Source: the human T2T-CHM13v2.0 reference genome, Homo sapiens. Taken from it: 64,000 nt of DNA. Positions 28,457 to 42,100 of this stretch are shown here, piece by piece. The notes under the pieces are model-generated. The model was not told the origin of the DNA. It was given only the letters and a program-made list of their open reading frames with translations, and searched no databases. The number at the start of each line of letters is the position of its first letter. Within the stretch, counting starts at the first letter, position 1. The DNA lies in NCBI RefSeq assembly GCF_009914755.1, contig NC_060935.1. One strand, 5' to 3'. Position numbers and translations under genes: made by a program.

Positions 28457-30131
28457 TTAAATTATTAGCCATTGTTTTCTTTTAGAGTCATTTATGGATT
28501 AAATCAGATGCCACTGAGCTCTAACTTACAGAGCTTTTAGAAGTAGTGACTTGTTTTGTAGGGTTTAAGCAGGTTACTTCACTGTGGTACTGCATTTTTC
28601 TCAATCAATTCCTACCACATTGCAGTCTTTCGTGATTTATTTTCAAAGAGTCTGCTTTCCTGAGATGGTGTCTTGCCCCTTCTATTTTGCCAAGCTGTCA
28701 TACATTCTGTAATGGTTATTTCAATAGGTCAAGTTCAAATGCATTTAAAAGGCAAGATTAGCAGTTATGTGCTTGCATTCGCTATGTGCACTATTTGCTT
28801 TGTGTCACAATGGGGTCATGAGTGCATGCTTTAATAGCACCAGTGTTGTAAAATTACTCATCAGCAGCAGCCAGCGAGAGAGTAACACAAAAGATAATTG
28901 GGGAAAAAATATTTGAAGGATGCACAAATCAGAGAGGCATTGATGCAAATCTCAATTCTGAAGACTAACAGTTTCTCTGAAATGTCTTCCCTTATTTGTA
29001 TTGATTCACGTGTCAGGAATGTGTTTGCTAGGGCTGAAAAATATGAAAATATGTGACAGTAAAAGTTTCTCATCAGACTTTCTATTAGGCAAGAAAATCT
29101 CTGAGAAATCTTTACAAGTGGCTTGTGTTGCAGAGGCCAAGTTTGCAGCTTGCTGATAAATGTGTAATCAACTGGGAAATGTAAGCATACATGCCAGAAT
29201 TGGCTTTGCATTTCAGATATAGACCCAAATATTGTGTGAAAAAATACACTTAGAGTAACTGCTAATTATGACAGATTCCAAATGCACATGCATTTTGACA
29301 AGGTGATTTCTGAAATTAAATTTGTGTTTTATTTTGATAAAAGACTTTAATGGAGGTTTTGACTGGTAAATAAACTCAGATTTCAAGATTTTTAAATAGC
29401 AGCCTCTGTGCCTTGGTTTTCTCTTACAGTGATCATAGGAAGTGGTTTGTTTAGTTATTTATTTTAAATATCTAATGGGACACTTGGGAAATATTGAGGG
29501 CATAGTTACCTTATACCTGTTTTCCAAAGCAGATTGAAACAAAATATCTAGTAATATATATTATGACCATGTGGGCATTGTTAAGCCTTGTCTTTTGGGG
29601 CAGTTACCCCTTCCCTTTAACCCTTACCTACCAGTAACAGGAAGAGTGCTTCAAATTAGGGCTAACAGACAGACAGAGCCCTGAGAGCCACAGCTATACC
29701 TTGAAGTTGTACTATGACTACATCTTTTGTTTTGTTTTCTAATATAAACTCTTTTCCTTACCTATTTCCTGGAACCTAACTTTAACCTTGAACCTTGTTT
29801 TTCCCTGTTGGTTAATAACCCAGCTACAGACTTTAAGACCCAAAGTTCGCTGCCACAATTGGCAAAAGCCTATTTGTTTGGGTTTTTGGATTAATCCAAG
29901 CTCTGAGTTTGTCTGTTTCCAATTCAGCGCTTGAATTAGCCTATTATCCTTGATTCTGAGTTTTTCTCTGCCCCAGGGCTCAGAGGAGTCATTGAGGCAC
30001 TGGCCCTGCCCAGTCACAGCCCCTTCTGTGCCCATGGTTGCTATAGCTCCCTAACGTGCACAATGTGCTGCAGAACCCGGTGACTTTATGGTAGATAGAG
30101 GTTCTTTGTGTATGAAGTGATGTTTGAAGTG

Positions 30132-30636
30132 GAGTCAATTCTCATTATTTATGGTAGTTTTGTTCTATAAATTTGCCACACAGACTGAATTAGTGAATAG
30201 CAAACCATTACTCTCAGATAGGCTCCCGTGAACCTATGATCAAATTTCCGTCAACCTTTTAATATATAACCTTGTATATGTGTGATTCTTTTTAAAGACA
30301 CCTTATTTAATATATATTGTTGATTAATTAACATTGAACTCATCCCTGGACAAAGTTTATCTAATATATATAATCCACAAGACAAGAAGATAGACTTTTT
30401 GTTTTATTCTGAAAAAAGACTTTAATGGGACGTCCCTAGGAACACTAAACAAAACTTCACTACACTTGGGGCTCAGCTGGGAATGTCAGCCTGGAGAGAC
30501 AAATGTTTGGCTGCTCTGCTCATGGCTGCAAATAACCATGAAAGTGCAGCAGGTATTAATTTTGGGGGTCCCAAAAATTTTTAGCAAGCAGGTGATTTGC
30601 AAATATGGAATCTACATATAATGAGGCTTGACAGTA
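30132..30636 (+). mobile_element. MER82-like Tigger DNA transposon
   Basis: 'gtcaattctcattatttatggtagttttgttctataaa...aatgaggcttgacagta' with degenerate TIRs. Confidence 0.7.
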
Positions 30637-30920
30637 TCTATTTTTTCTAGGTGTGGTAACTGGGAAGGAAGATTCTGCAACTTTTTATATCTTATTTTTT
30701 ATTCTTCACTTACTGGTTTTGAACCAACTTCGGCATTTCTGTAGGAGACAGAGATGCTTTTCTATTTTGATTGGTCGGCCTTTCCTCTCGTCCCTTTCTT
30801 TCTTCTGCCTTCAAGAATAGGGAATAGAGAACAATAATTTGGACAGGGTGTGAAATTTTTATTGGTCACATTTATTAATAGCTATGATTCTTGTGTGTAA
30901 AGGATTACACATATATCTGT

Positions 30921-31472
30921 GTGCAGAAAAAAAGTTAATACACCAGGCCTGAGACTGATATCCTTTTTAGAAAAGTGTGCTTGCAAACTTGTCTCTTGGC
31001 TGGCATTTGGGAACTTGAAATTTCAGGACAATTCTCATTACCCTAAATGATAACAATGACTGAATGTTACAAAACTTTCGTGCAAACAATAAGGTTTATA
31101 CTGAACACCTGCTTTTTTTCTGGGACTCTGGAATTGTGATATGTGCTAGGCAAGATGCCTATGTGATGAACCTCCAATAAAAACCTTGGGCACTGAGTGT
31201 CTAAAAGAACTTCCTTTATAGACAACACTTCATGCAAGTCACAACTTGTTGCTGGAGGAATTAAGTGTATCCTGTGCGGCTCCACTGAAAAGGACTCTTG
31301 GAAGCTTGTGCCTGATTTCCCCTGGACTTCACCCCACACACTTTATCCCTTTGCTGATTTTGCTTTGTATTCTTTCATTGTAGTAAATCATAGCTGTGAG
31401 TAAAACTATACTGAGATCTTGAGTATCCTTAGAGGATTAGTAAACCTAGGTGATACTGGGCACCCCTGACAC
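30921..31472 (+). mobile_element. MER68-like ERVL solo LTR
   Basis: 'tgtgcagaaaa...gttaa...caggcctgagactg...cccctgacaca' with an internal AATAAA. Confidence 0.75.
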
Positions 31473-34400
31473 AATTTGCGTGCCTCTTAGTACCTTCATC
31501 TCTCATTGTCTTTTGTCCCTGGGAGAAAAGTGGATGCAGGACCTTATCCCATATTCTCATTCTCTCTTCCATTTCTTCTATGCCATACATATGCTAGACT
31601 GTCATTGAGGTTGCTGTCATCTTTGTTGTGCTTCTTTTCTCTCTTTGCCTTCCTTTCACAATTTGATAGACTAAGGGTGGTAAGTGCCCCAGATTTGGAG
31701 TCATTTTTTTCTAACCATTGAAAGTTTCACTTGAGACTATTGCTTAAGTCTTGTGCACCAACCTAGCTTTAGCAGAGAACCCCAAACTAAAGTTAGTCAC
31801 TGACATCGCTGTTAATAGAACCTTCTCTCCCCTTTGCATATTGTTTATTGTATATTCCTCTGTCAGTTCCCTAACACAAAACAGAGGTGATTGGCAGGTC
31901 AGAGTTAAAACATTATAATATCACCAAAGCGCTAATATTCCTTGCTTTTTTCTCTGCTCATTTTTCTACTCAACCCATCTCCTCCCATCTTTTTCCAAAG
32001 TGGATTGTGGTAGATGTCATCTGTGTTGGTAGAATTAGCTTTTCCAAAGTCTTCTTTCTTCTCTTAGTAATCTTCCCTGCATTCTCCAATCTATCTCATT
32101 TCATTGAATCTCATAATTCCAACCTTAACCTAGACAACAAGTTATATTCCTAGGAAAAATAGAATATACCTCATCAGCTGTTCTTTATGATGGTTTTATA
32201 TACTACCAGTGATGAGTTTTTCTTCCAGTGTTTATTTTTTTAAATTCAGAATAAACAGTTTACCTGAGACAGCAATTTTAAGGTCAATACATGACACAGT
32301 GATGCTGCTTCAATTGCTTGTCCAGGAGCTTTTAGGTTTCTGTCAAGATGATGGCTGATGATTTCTTTTGATTGACTTTATAGATTTATATCTTTCTGGA
32401 CCTATTGAATTCCAGAACTGACCATATAATGTGGTGGTTACAATTTCTTCTGAGACAAAATCTCTAAAATGTAAAGTCATACTGCTGGAGTTAAAATCCT
32501 GCCTGCACCAATGTGAGCTCTGTTACCTTGGATGATGTTTTAAAAATGATTATCAGCTTTAGTTTTTTTATCTGTAGAATGAGGGTTACATGAGTCAATA
32601 AGCTGTAAGGTGTCTAGGGTCACAAAGTAAATTCTAAATGCTATTAATAATGATAATTTTACTAATTAGACAAAGATGAATTTGAAAGTCAAGGAAATAG
32701 TATGGATAGCACGAAGGATGAGGATGTAAAATCAGGAATGTATGATTAAAAGTCCTGGTCTCTCCTTTTTACTAGTTGTGTGACTTTGGGAAGTTCTCTG
32801 TTCTTCAAGTGTCCTCCTCATTAAAATTGAAATAATATACTCATGTCCGGTGTGTATGTGACAAGTATATGTCAATTATATAGTAATAGTGATTGAATTA
32901 TGTCTAACATAGAAAAGATAGAAAGGCATCTATTATAATAATTATGAAAGAAATTGGGCCAACCTGAAGAAATAATGTAGTGAGCTATGGATAGTTTGTT
33001 ATTTTTTCTATATTATGAACTTATTTATGAAAGTGTGTTTTTAAAATATTTTTCAGAAGTGATTACATTTTCATTATAATTTCATAGGTATTTATCAGCT
33101 TGCCTGTCACCTCCAGTAAGTGTGCATTTCTTCAAAGTAGTACATGGTTTTAGAGTCTTAATCATCTTTTCACCCCTGAGTTCTAGCAAAATTTCTGATT
33201 TTCAATAAGTTCTCAGTAACTGGTAAATTAAATGTAATTCTCATTGTGTTGTTATACCTAAAAGCCATGCCTAATAGGAAATATTGAGTATTGTTAGGGG
33301 TACTTAGAACCATAAAAAGAATCTTAATAGTTTTCCTTAAAATATTATAAAGAAAAACTAAATGGAAACAGTTAATTAAGTATATGATCAACGCATTACT
33401 TTTTAGTACTTAAAAATTAGGTAATAGTCTAGTTAGAGAAAAGACTAGTTATTAGTCTAGTTAGACAAAAAGGAAAACTTAGGGAAAAAACAGTTTCAAG
33501 TTGAATGTGAATTTTGATTTTTCCTCTCTATTATTTATGTCACTAAGTCCTCTTAATTTTCTCATTTTGAGGTTTCTCACATCTGTCCTTTTCTCCTTCC
33601 ATGGCCACCATCCTAGTTTTAGAGATAATTTAACACCAGCTAGTTAATTCATTTTCTAATATAGAGCAGCATTAAATTCAAGACTACTAACATTAGACTA
33701 CTAGCAATAAAAAATGTTTTTTCCATGTGTACTTGTAAATGTTTTTAATAAAAATTTTAATATCTATAGCTCCTGGTCTTCTTTTTTACTTAATGTCTGT
33801 GTCTACACTCAAAATATTTTTAGGCATCAAGTAAGTATGTACCTTAATGAAGTTTTACAAGGTGCACACCCCGGTGACCTGTAGTTGTTTGACGGGCAGG
33901 AGAGCAGGGTTTCTTTTCTAGAAAAGCTACATTATTATCAAAGGACACAAACTTAAAATTCTCAACACACTTTTGGTGTTGGCCTTCAAACCTTGATTTA
34001 AGATACACCAGTCATTTGAATAACCAGAAAGATCAGTTTAAATGTACTTATTTCCTTGATTTTTCCTTGATGCTAATACCAGATACATATACACACATTA
34101 AACAATCACACACACCTGGCGGTAATCTCTACCAACACAGTATATTGGAAAATCTATGAACTTTGAGTTAAGCTGTAGGTTTGGATCTCAATTTCATAGT
34201 GGCAGCATGACTTTGGGCATGCTACTAAGCCTCTTAGCATATCAGTTTCTTTATCTTGCAAGTGACAATAATAATAAATTCACAAAATTTTAGTGATAAT
34301 GCAATGAGATCAAATATGTAAAATACCCAGATCTTGACACATATTATAAAATCCTCCCTACGTATTAAGTCTATAAAATCTTTCATCTTTCATAACTCTT

Positions 34401-35649
34401 CTTCTATAGCCCTAAGCCAAATCTATCACATTTTTATAGCTTGGGAGTATAAATATTTTTTATATTTCTTCCTAGGCTGAAACCATCTTAAGGGCCAGAA
34501 CTTCTTTCTAGCTACTTCTGTAGCCCCGCATATCTTAGCCTGGTGTTCTAATTTCAACTCATGTTTCATCCATTGATATCTGAAAATAATTTTTTTGAAC
34601 CAAACTATTTTTATGAATTATTCCAGTATTGCCTATTATTAATAACTTTTCTTTATGATCTATCATGCTATGGAAGCTCTGATGGAAATGTTCACCATCT
34701 CCATCTTAGAACATTGTCTTTTAGAGTCACTGAAAGATTTATCACATCAAGATGCCTTCAACTTGTACTGAGGATTTTTCTATAAGTAGTTCCCACTTCT
34801 CAGTGTCACCATGTTTACCAGTTTGGGTTCTCTATTTCCTCTTAGTTGAAGTATTACCTAGTTTAATGCAACCTGGACTTCTTTCAGAGCTATCAGCAAT
34901 CTTCACTTTTTGGAAGTCCTTGACATACTGAAGTGAGGGCTAGATCTTATTGTTTTTTAAGCATAAAATACGTTTATTCTGTTTTTACTTTTCTCTATTT
35001 GCTTAGATTTAATTTTTGATGAGTTTCACTTTCATTCTTCCATTTAATATTTATCCTATTCTTACTATGGACCAGACATTGGGAATCTAATTTCTCAAAA
35101 TTAATGCAGAATTTATCTTCATGAAATTTATTATCTAGTGGAAACGGATTCATTGAATTTACTTGCCAAAGTACTGAAAGTAAGTTGCAGAATAGCATGA
35201 AATAAAACTGGAAAGGCAGGCAGGGGCTAAAACAGGAGGTTTTTGTTGAGGATTTGGAATTTAACTGGAGAGAAATATTAAGCTTCTGAAGTGTTATAAG
35301 CATCTTTTTAAATGGTCACTTTAATTGCTCTGTGGATTAGAAGAAGGCAAGTGGGGGAGTTAGAATTAAGTTAAGTGGCTATTGCAGTAGTTTCAACAAC
35401 AGAAGATTATGACTTAGTCTAGAACTGAAATAGAGAGATGGCTGTGATGTGACAGTGAGGGCATGTTAGAATGAAGTAGAGACATGCCAAAGTCATTGCA
35501 TATTGCAGGCAGAAATAGGACTACTGCAAATAGATTAGATGTGTGGGAAACTATATCACAGAAGACTTCCAAGTTTATTGTGTGAGAAATAACCTGGGTA
35601 CAGGTGCCATTTATTAAGTTGTGGAAGTTTGGAAGAGAAAGTAATTTTT

Positions 35650-35965
35650 TTCAATAATTTTTAGGGGTACAAGTAGTTTTTGGTTACATGGATAAATTGT
35701 ATAATGGTGAAGTCTGGGTTTTAAGTGTACCCCTCACCCAAACAGTATACATTATACCCAACAGGTAACTTTTTTATCCCTCACCCTGTTCCCATCCTCC
35801 CACCTTCTGAGTCTCAAATGTCCATTACACCACTCTATATGCCTTTGCATAGCATATGGCTTAGCTGTCATTTATTAGTGAGAGCATATGGTATTTGGTT
35901 CATTCCTGAGTTATTTCACTTAGAATAATAACCTCCATCCATGTTGCTACAAGAGACATGATTTC
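35650..35965 (-). mobile_element. L1MA 3' end
   Basis: 'ggggtacaagtagtttttggttacatggataaattgtataatggtgaagtctg'. Confidence 0.8.
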
Positions 35966-36205
35966 ACTGAGAATTGATATTTAGGATGATAGTAAGAGTT
36001 CACTTTTAGATGTGTTCAGTTTTAATTCCTGTAAAATATTTAAGTAAATTTTAAAATAAGCAATTGGATATATCAATCAGAAGCTCTAAGATGAAGCTGG
36101 GACTAGAGATATAAGCTTGGGAGTCATCAACAATTCTGGAATTTTAGAAAAGAATACTTAAGCAGGAAGTAGAATGGCAAGATGACAGTAATAAGATCAT
36201 CCCCA

Positions 36206-37575
36206 TGTAGTGGATGCTCTGCTGTACTGAACAGATTGTTCCTGAAGGACCAAAGCATTCATTTCCCCCAGCTACTGTTAGTGTTGGCTGCTGATTGCTC
36301 ATAGCTGAGTCCCTCTTCAAGAAGTGTGCTCACAGAAGGGAGTCTCTGGCCTGAGTCTCTTGCCTGGGGCAGCTCAAATGCAATGACTAGACAATGTGGG
36401 AAAACAAATACTGAAGCTCCTGGCTTTGACGTGGGGCAGTTCTAAAAGACCATCCCAACTTCAGATAGCTGTTGGATCACCTGAGACTTCTGGGGAACCT
36501 GAGGACTACTGGTGCCAAAAGTAGTCTTAGGAAGCATTCTCTGAAATAGGATTTTGCTGCTGGATAATCCACCAGTTAATTGGCAATGAAAACTCCAACA
36601 CTAGTAGTAGTTGGAATACAGATAGCTCCTAGCATGACATAGTGGGCAATTGTTAAAAACTTTACCAGTATTAACTGGAATGGGCTTATAGAAGAATTGA
36701 ATGCACCTGTAACTAAAGCATAATTTAGGGATTTGGGAAGTTCAAAGGAAGTGGCTCTTTTTGAGTGCTATTGATACATTGATGCTGAAAAACAACAATG
36801 AAAGTTTAGGGGTGACTAAAATGAATTGTGAACCCAAGGGATCTATAATTTAAGCTGCAATGTGGAGCTTAATCCATTGGAAAGTCTTTAAAAAAGGGTT
36901 TTGACCTTTCTTTGTCAAAGAAACTTTCACCTGTGCATTAGCTCATGTCCTTGAGGTTCTAGTTTCAGTCAGCTTATCTTCCCTTCCTGTTTGTTCTACA
37001 AAATTCAGACTGGTTTAGTCAACCCCTATAATTATGTGAGACAAATTTCTTATAAAAAGTTTATACATATGCTTATATGTATGTTTATATGTTTGTATAT
37101 ATATTCATATTTCTCCTAGCTGCAGAGCTCCCCATAGGGTGGGCTGAAGCCTCTACTACATTGCTTTTTCTCTTCCTTTCACTCCGTACTTCTCTTACGC
37201 CATTAGAGATATTAGTTCTGCAAGCATTTTTCCTTTTCTTCTTTTATTATTTCCTTTATTTGAATTTTTATTTATTTATAATCATGGAATAGAAGTGCAA
37301 TTTTTGCTACATTGACATAGTTCATTGTGGTGAAGTCAGAGCCTTCAGTGCATTCATTACTGGAGCAATGTGCATTGTACCCACCAAGAAACCTGCCATT
37401 GTCCATCCTCCTCCCACTCCTCAACCCCGTGGATTCCTCATTGTCCATCATTCCAAACTCTGCGTCCATATGTACACATTATTTAGCTCCTACTTATGAG
37501 TGAGAACAAATTTTACAAACACTTTCTAAAAACCACCTGCATGCAAACATCTGCCTTAGAGAACCCAAACTAAAA
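36206..37575 (+). mobile_element. LTR16-type ERVL remnant (LTR, internal start, second LTR pieces) interrupted by an antisense L1MA 3' end (~37250-37510)
   Basis: 'tgtagtggatgct...gctgagtccctc', 'ctggtgccaaaagtagtc' and 'cagagctccccatagggtgggctgaagcc'. Confidence 0.6.
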
Positions 37576-38213
37576 AACCTTCAACATCTAGAGATAGAAG
37601 AGTTGAACCTTTTGGAAATGCCAAGAAGGAAAAAGCAGACAGGAAGAAAACACCTACAGGTGAGTTACTGCTCAGAAACCATAAGGAAAGAGTGTTTACG
37701 TAGAAGAGAGAATCAAGTTAAATGAGTACCAAAAATGTCATCTAATTTGTCAGTATAGACACCTTTGGTGACCATGGTAAGGAAAATGTCCATAGAGAGG
37801 CAGAACAGAAAACGAATTGAAGTGTGTTAAGTAGTCAGTAAAAGACATAGCAGTAAAGACCACAAATATAAACAGCCTTATAAGAAGTTTGGCTATAGAA
37901 AGAAATAGGGCAAAAGCTAAGTGGAAATTCAGCTTTTTTTTTATTTTGGCCTTTCTTGGTCAAAGAAACTCTCACCTGTGCATAACTTATTTTAGCTCAT
38001 GTGCTATTAATGGAGAGTGACTTTTCTTTTTTAAGTTAAGCATATCTGAATGCTGAAGCATTAAGGACCCTACAGTATGGGAAGGGTTGAAGACACAGGG
38101 AAGAATGAGGAAAATTAGTGAAGCAAAAACTCAGGAATTTCAGAATGGTTGGGTTCCTGAGCTTACAAAGAGATGGGTGTTCCATAGGAAGGACACTTAA
38201 TGGCAACAGTGAG

Positions 38214-38566
38214 TGATATGGTTTGGCTGTGTCCCCACCCAAATCTCACCTTGAATTGCCACGTGTTGTGGGAGGGACCAGTGGGAGGTAATTGAATCAT
38301 GGGAGCAGGTCTTTCCCATCCTGTTCTCGTGGTAGTGAATAAGTCTCATGAGATCTGATGGCTTCATAAGGTGGAGTTTCCCTGCACGAATTCCCTCTCT
38401 TCCTGCCACCATCTATGTAAGATGTGATTTGTTCTCCTTGCTTTCCTCCAAGATTGTGAGGCCTTCCCAGCCACGTGCAGCTGTGAGTCCAATTAAACCT
38501 CTTTCTTTTGTAAGTTGCCAACTCTCAGGTATGTCTATATCAGCAGCGTGAAAATTGACTGATACA
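38214..38566 (+). mobile_element. THE1 (MaLR) solo LTR
   Basis: 'tgatatggtttggctgtgtccccacccaaatctc...gactgataca', about 350 bp. Confidence 0.92.
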
Positions 38567-38895
38567 GTAGGGAATAAAAAGAAGATCAATAAAACAAAAA
38601 TCTAGGAAATTTGTAGATTTTCTGGCAGAAAAAAATATTTAAAATCCCACATACCTTATTCATATAATTCAGAGTGTGTCTGTGTGTGTATGTATGTCTG
38701 TTACTATATCTATGTCTACATATCTGCACCAAAGCACTTTATATCTTTAAAATAAACTGGCAAAACAGTAGAATAACGAAAACCCTAATCAACTATTGTT
38801 TTCTCAATTGTTAAGGTGAAGTTCTTTTTCATGATTTTTTTATCTACATTGATCTATCTTCATCTAATCTGAATTTTTCTGATTTGGTTTATGCC

Positions 38896-39115
38896 AGGGG
38901 TCAGCAGACTTTTTCAATCAAAGGCAAGATAGTAAATACTGTAGGCTTTGGGCCATATGGTTGCTGTTGCAACTACTTAGCTCTACCATTGTAGCATTAA
39001 AACATCAATAGATGATATGTAATGTAAATGAATGAGTTTGGCTGTGTTTCAATAAAGCTTCATTTACAAAAACAACTGCCAGGCAGGATTTAGCCCATTA
39101 GCCATAGCTTGTCGG
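38896..39115. mobile_element. MER58A-like hAT MITE
   Basis: 'caggggtcagcagact...ttggctgtgtttcaataaagcttcatttacaaaaaca'. Confidence 0.75.
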
Positions 39116-42100
39116 CACTTACCTTTGCTCATGTTATCATTTTGCTCAGATTATCGATCACCTCATCTACCTGGTGAACTTCTGGGAATACCATTCAATT
39201 ATTAGCTTTTCTTTGAAACCTTCTACAGCTCCCCTGATGATATTGTACCCCTGCAATATTAATTATATTACTTCTATAAAACATGGAATATTCCTTTATG
39301 ATGGTATTTATAATTTTGCAATGATGTGCTCATAGGCTTGTTTCTCAGAGTACTGTGATTTCACTGTGAATAGAGACTAAATCTTATTAACATTTGTACC
39401 TCTAGCAAAGTGCCAAGACAGAGTAGGTGTTCTATAAAGACTTGTTCCTTGAATGAATGAGTGAATGATTAAAAGTGAACCAACACTCTCTAGCTCAGAG
39501 GAGTTTATCCTGCTAGAGACAGTTGGCCAAGGATGTGCTTTAGGTTCAAGCCCAGTACCACATCATAGATGCTTTAATAGCCAACTTTTGTTTATGAGCT
39601 AGAAGTCTATGTACTTGCATGATTAATATTTCTAGTCCCCAAATGTTTCTCTGTCTTCAAAGTAAATTTATCATAATATCATTTTATTAAATAGGTACAT
39701 TACTATTCATGGTTTGGCAAAATTATTATTGAAAAACAAAATGTGTGGTTATATTTTTATCTTTCCTTCTTAAAACAGGTAACATGTTGAGTTAACATAC
39801 TCTATGAGAACTTGTGAAATAATAATGAATACTTATGCACTACTGTAAAGGCTTCAGATTTACTCTTCAGGACATGCTGAGGAAAGTACTATTATTTCAT
39901 GCATTTTAACAATGATAAAACTGGGGCACACAGAGGTAAGATAACTCACACAAGGTTATGCAGCTAGTGAGAGATTGAACCAGGAATGAAATTCATAGAA
40001 TCTGACTTGAGATGCCACATATGTTAAAAATTTTCTCATACCTTTAATGCACTTAATATCTCAGCCTATGCCATGTTAAATTCACATGAAGTTAAGGCTC
40101 TAACTTAAATAAGGCTCTTCAGTTCCCCTCAAAGATAACTGCAGCATGTCTTCTTTCTTCTAAGTTCTTTACCTTTTAATTTTCTCATTTATTCTTTCGA
40201 TGTCCTTTATTTTAGACTCTTTTCTTTGCATTTTTAAGTCCACACAACCCTTTTCAAGAGCGCTGTGGCAGTCCATTAGAAAAGTTATGAAAAGTATTCA
40301 TGTGCTTTGACCCAGAGAACCTACTCCTGGAAAATAACCTAAGATAAATAAAATGGTATATGAACCAAGATATGTATTACAATATTAAACAAAATGATGA
40401 CAAAAGCTAAATCAAAACTGTTTAGTAGCAAGGAGTTGGTTATTACACTTCAACATAATTGAGTAAAATATAACAATTAAATTTATAATAAGAATCACCT
40501 AGGAATAACTAAACTCAAATCCAAGATAAATTACCTAAACTACTGAGCAGACATGTAAACTTGGGAAGGTGTTTACCCCATTTCAACCAATTTCCTCCTT
40601 TGACACTATGAATAGTACTTATTCTCATATTGGTAACATGTCGATTATTAAATGAGTTAACATACATGAAAGTGCCTAGCACAGTTATTTGAATATCACA
40701 ACTACTGACTAAATTGTAACATCTTTGTTACTTATTTCTAATTGAAAAACTAGAAATCATAAGAATATGCCTTATAATCATGATTATGAAACATAAAAAT
40801 TGGAAGATGAACATGAAGTCATAAGAATAATTTCTTACATTGCTATTAAGAAAAGAACTCATAAAACAATAAGATAAACATGAACAATATAGAATTTTGG
40901 CAAGCCTTTCTTTAAAAAAATACTTAAATTCTTCCCATATTGTTTTAAATAGCTGAATAGTTTGAAAGCTCTTGAGGTCTAAGTGGTTTCCATAGCCAAT
41001 TTTAATTTTCATTACATTGTACAAAATGGCAAATGATTTTGAAAATAAGCAATAAAAAGTTTATTAGAAAACCAAAACTCTTTTCACATTTGCATTTCAG
41101 CAGCTTTCAGAAGGCATCTAATCAGAGGGGGAGTGGAACTTTGCTTTACTGACATGTCCTCCAAAACAAACTCACAATAGGTGGCCCCAGTTAGGCCCTT
41201 TTTATGATGACAAAGAAATCCCACAAAATCAAAGCCTACACAAACAAGGAAAAAGCTAAAAACATCCGCCACTAATGCCAGTTGTTAGCCTGCTGGAGAC
41301 ACTGGCTGAAATGACTTGTGCCAACTGCAAATGTAATTTCTACAGATGGAGAATTATATATTTGACTTGTTGGAAAGGTTGGATACTAAAAATCCTTTTT
41401 TTTTTTTTTTTTTTTTTACAAAACACAGAAAGATTAAAGAAAGAGTAGCAGCTGCTTATTTCTCTTTTTTTTTTTCAACAGAATGTGGCTTATAATGTAG
41501 CAATGGAAAATAATCAGAGCAGAAGCATAAAATGAAGCAATTTGTAAAGGTCTCAGTAAAAAAGCCATAGAATATAATGTTGATTATAATTTAATGGAAC
41601 TGTCAGTTTGAAATATCAGTCATGTAATTTCTATGCCATATTGAGAAAACCATGGAATTAAAGTGATGATGGTTTCATCATAGATGCTGCTTTTATACAA
41701 ATAGACAACTCAAGTCTCTAGAGAAACAAAATGATGTTCTAGATTGAGGTGCAGTGATGGAGGGAATTGCTTGTGACAAAGGAAAAAAATGACTTTATAT
41801 GGCTCCCTCTCAGTAACAATGACAATTTCTTAGGTGGACTTTTATTCAAAATGTGTTGCCAAAATGATTTAAACATACCACCCTGGACTAAAATCTTGCC
41901 TTCAAATCATTCCTAGATAAGTGACTCACACATAGTTGTTTTGCAGTGTCCACAACACCTTGGCCCCTGTTAGGTAAGCCAGACCCGCCCACACGTGTGA
42001 TCTGTGACTAAAGGTGCCCCCAATCACCGTTATTCCTTCTTCAGAATCTTCTACAGACTATTGTGCAAATTTCTTTTCCCATTCCTTCTTGCTCTTCATT

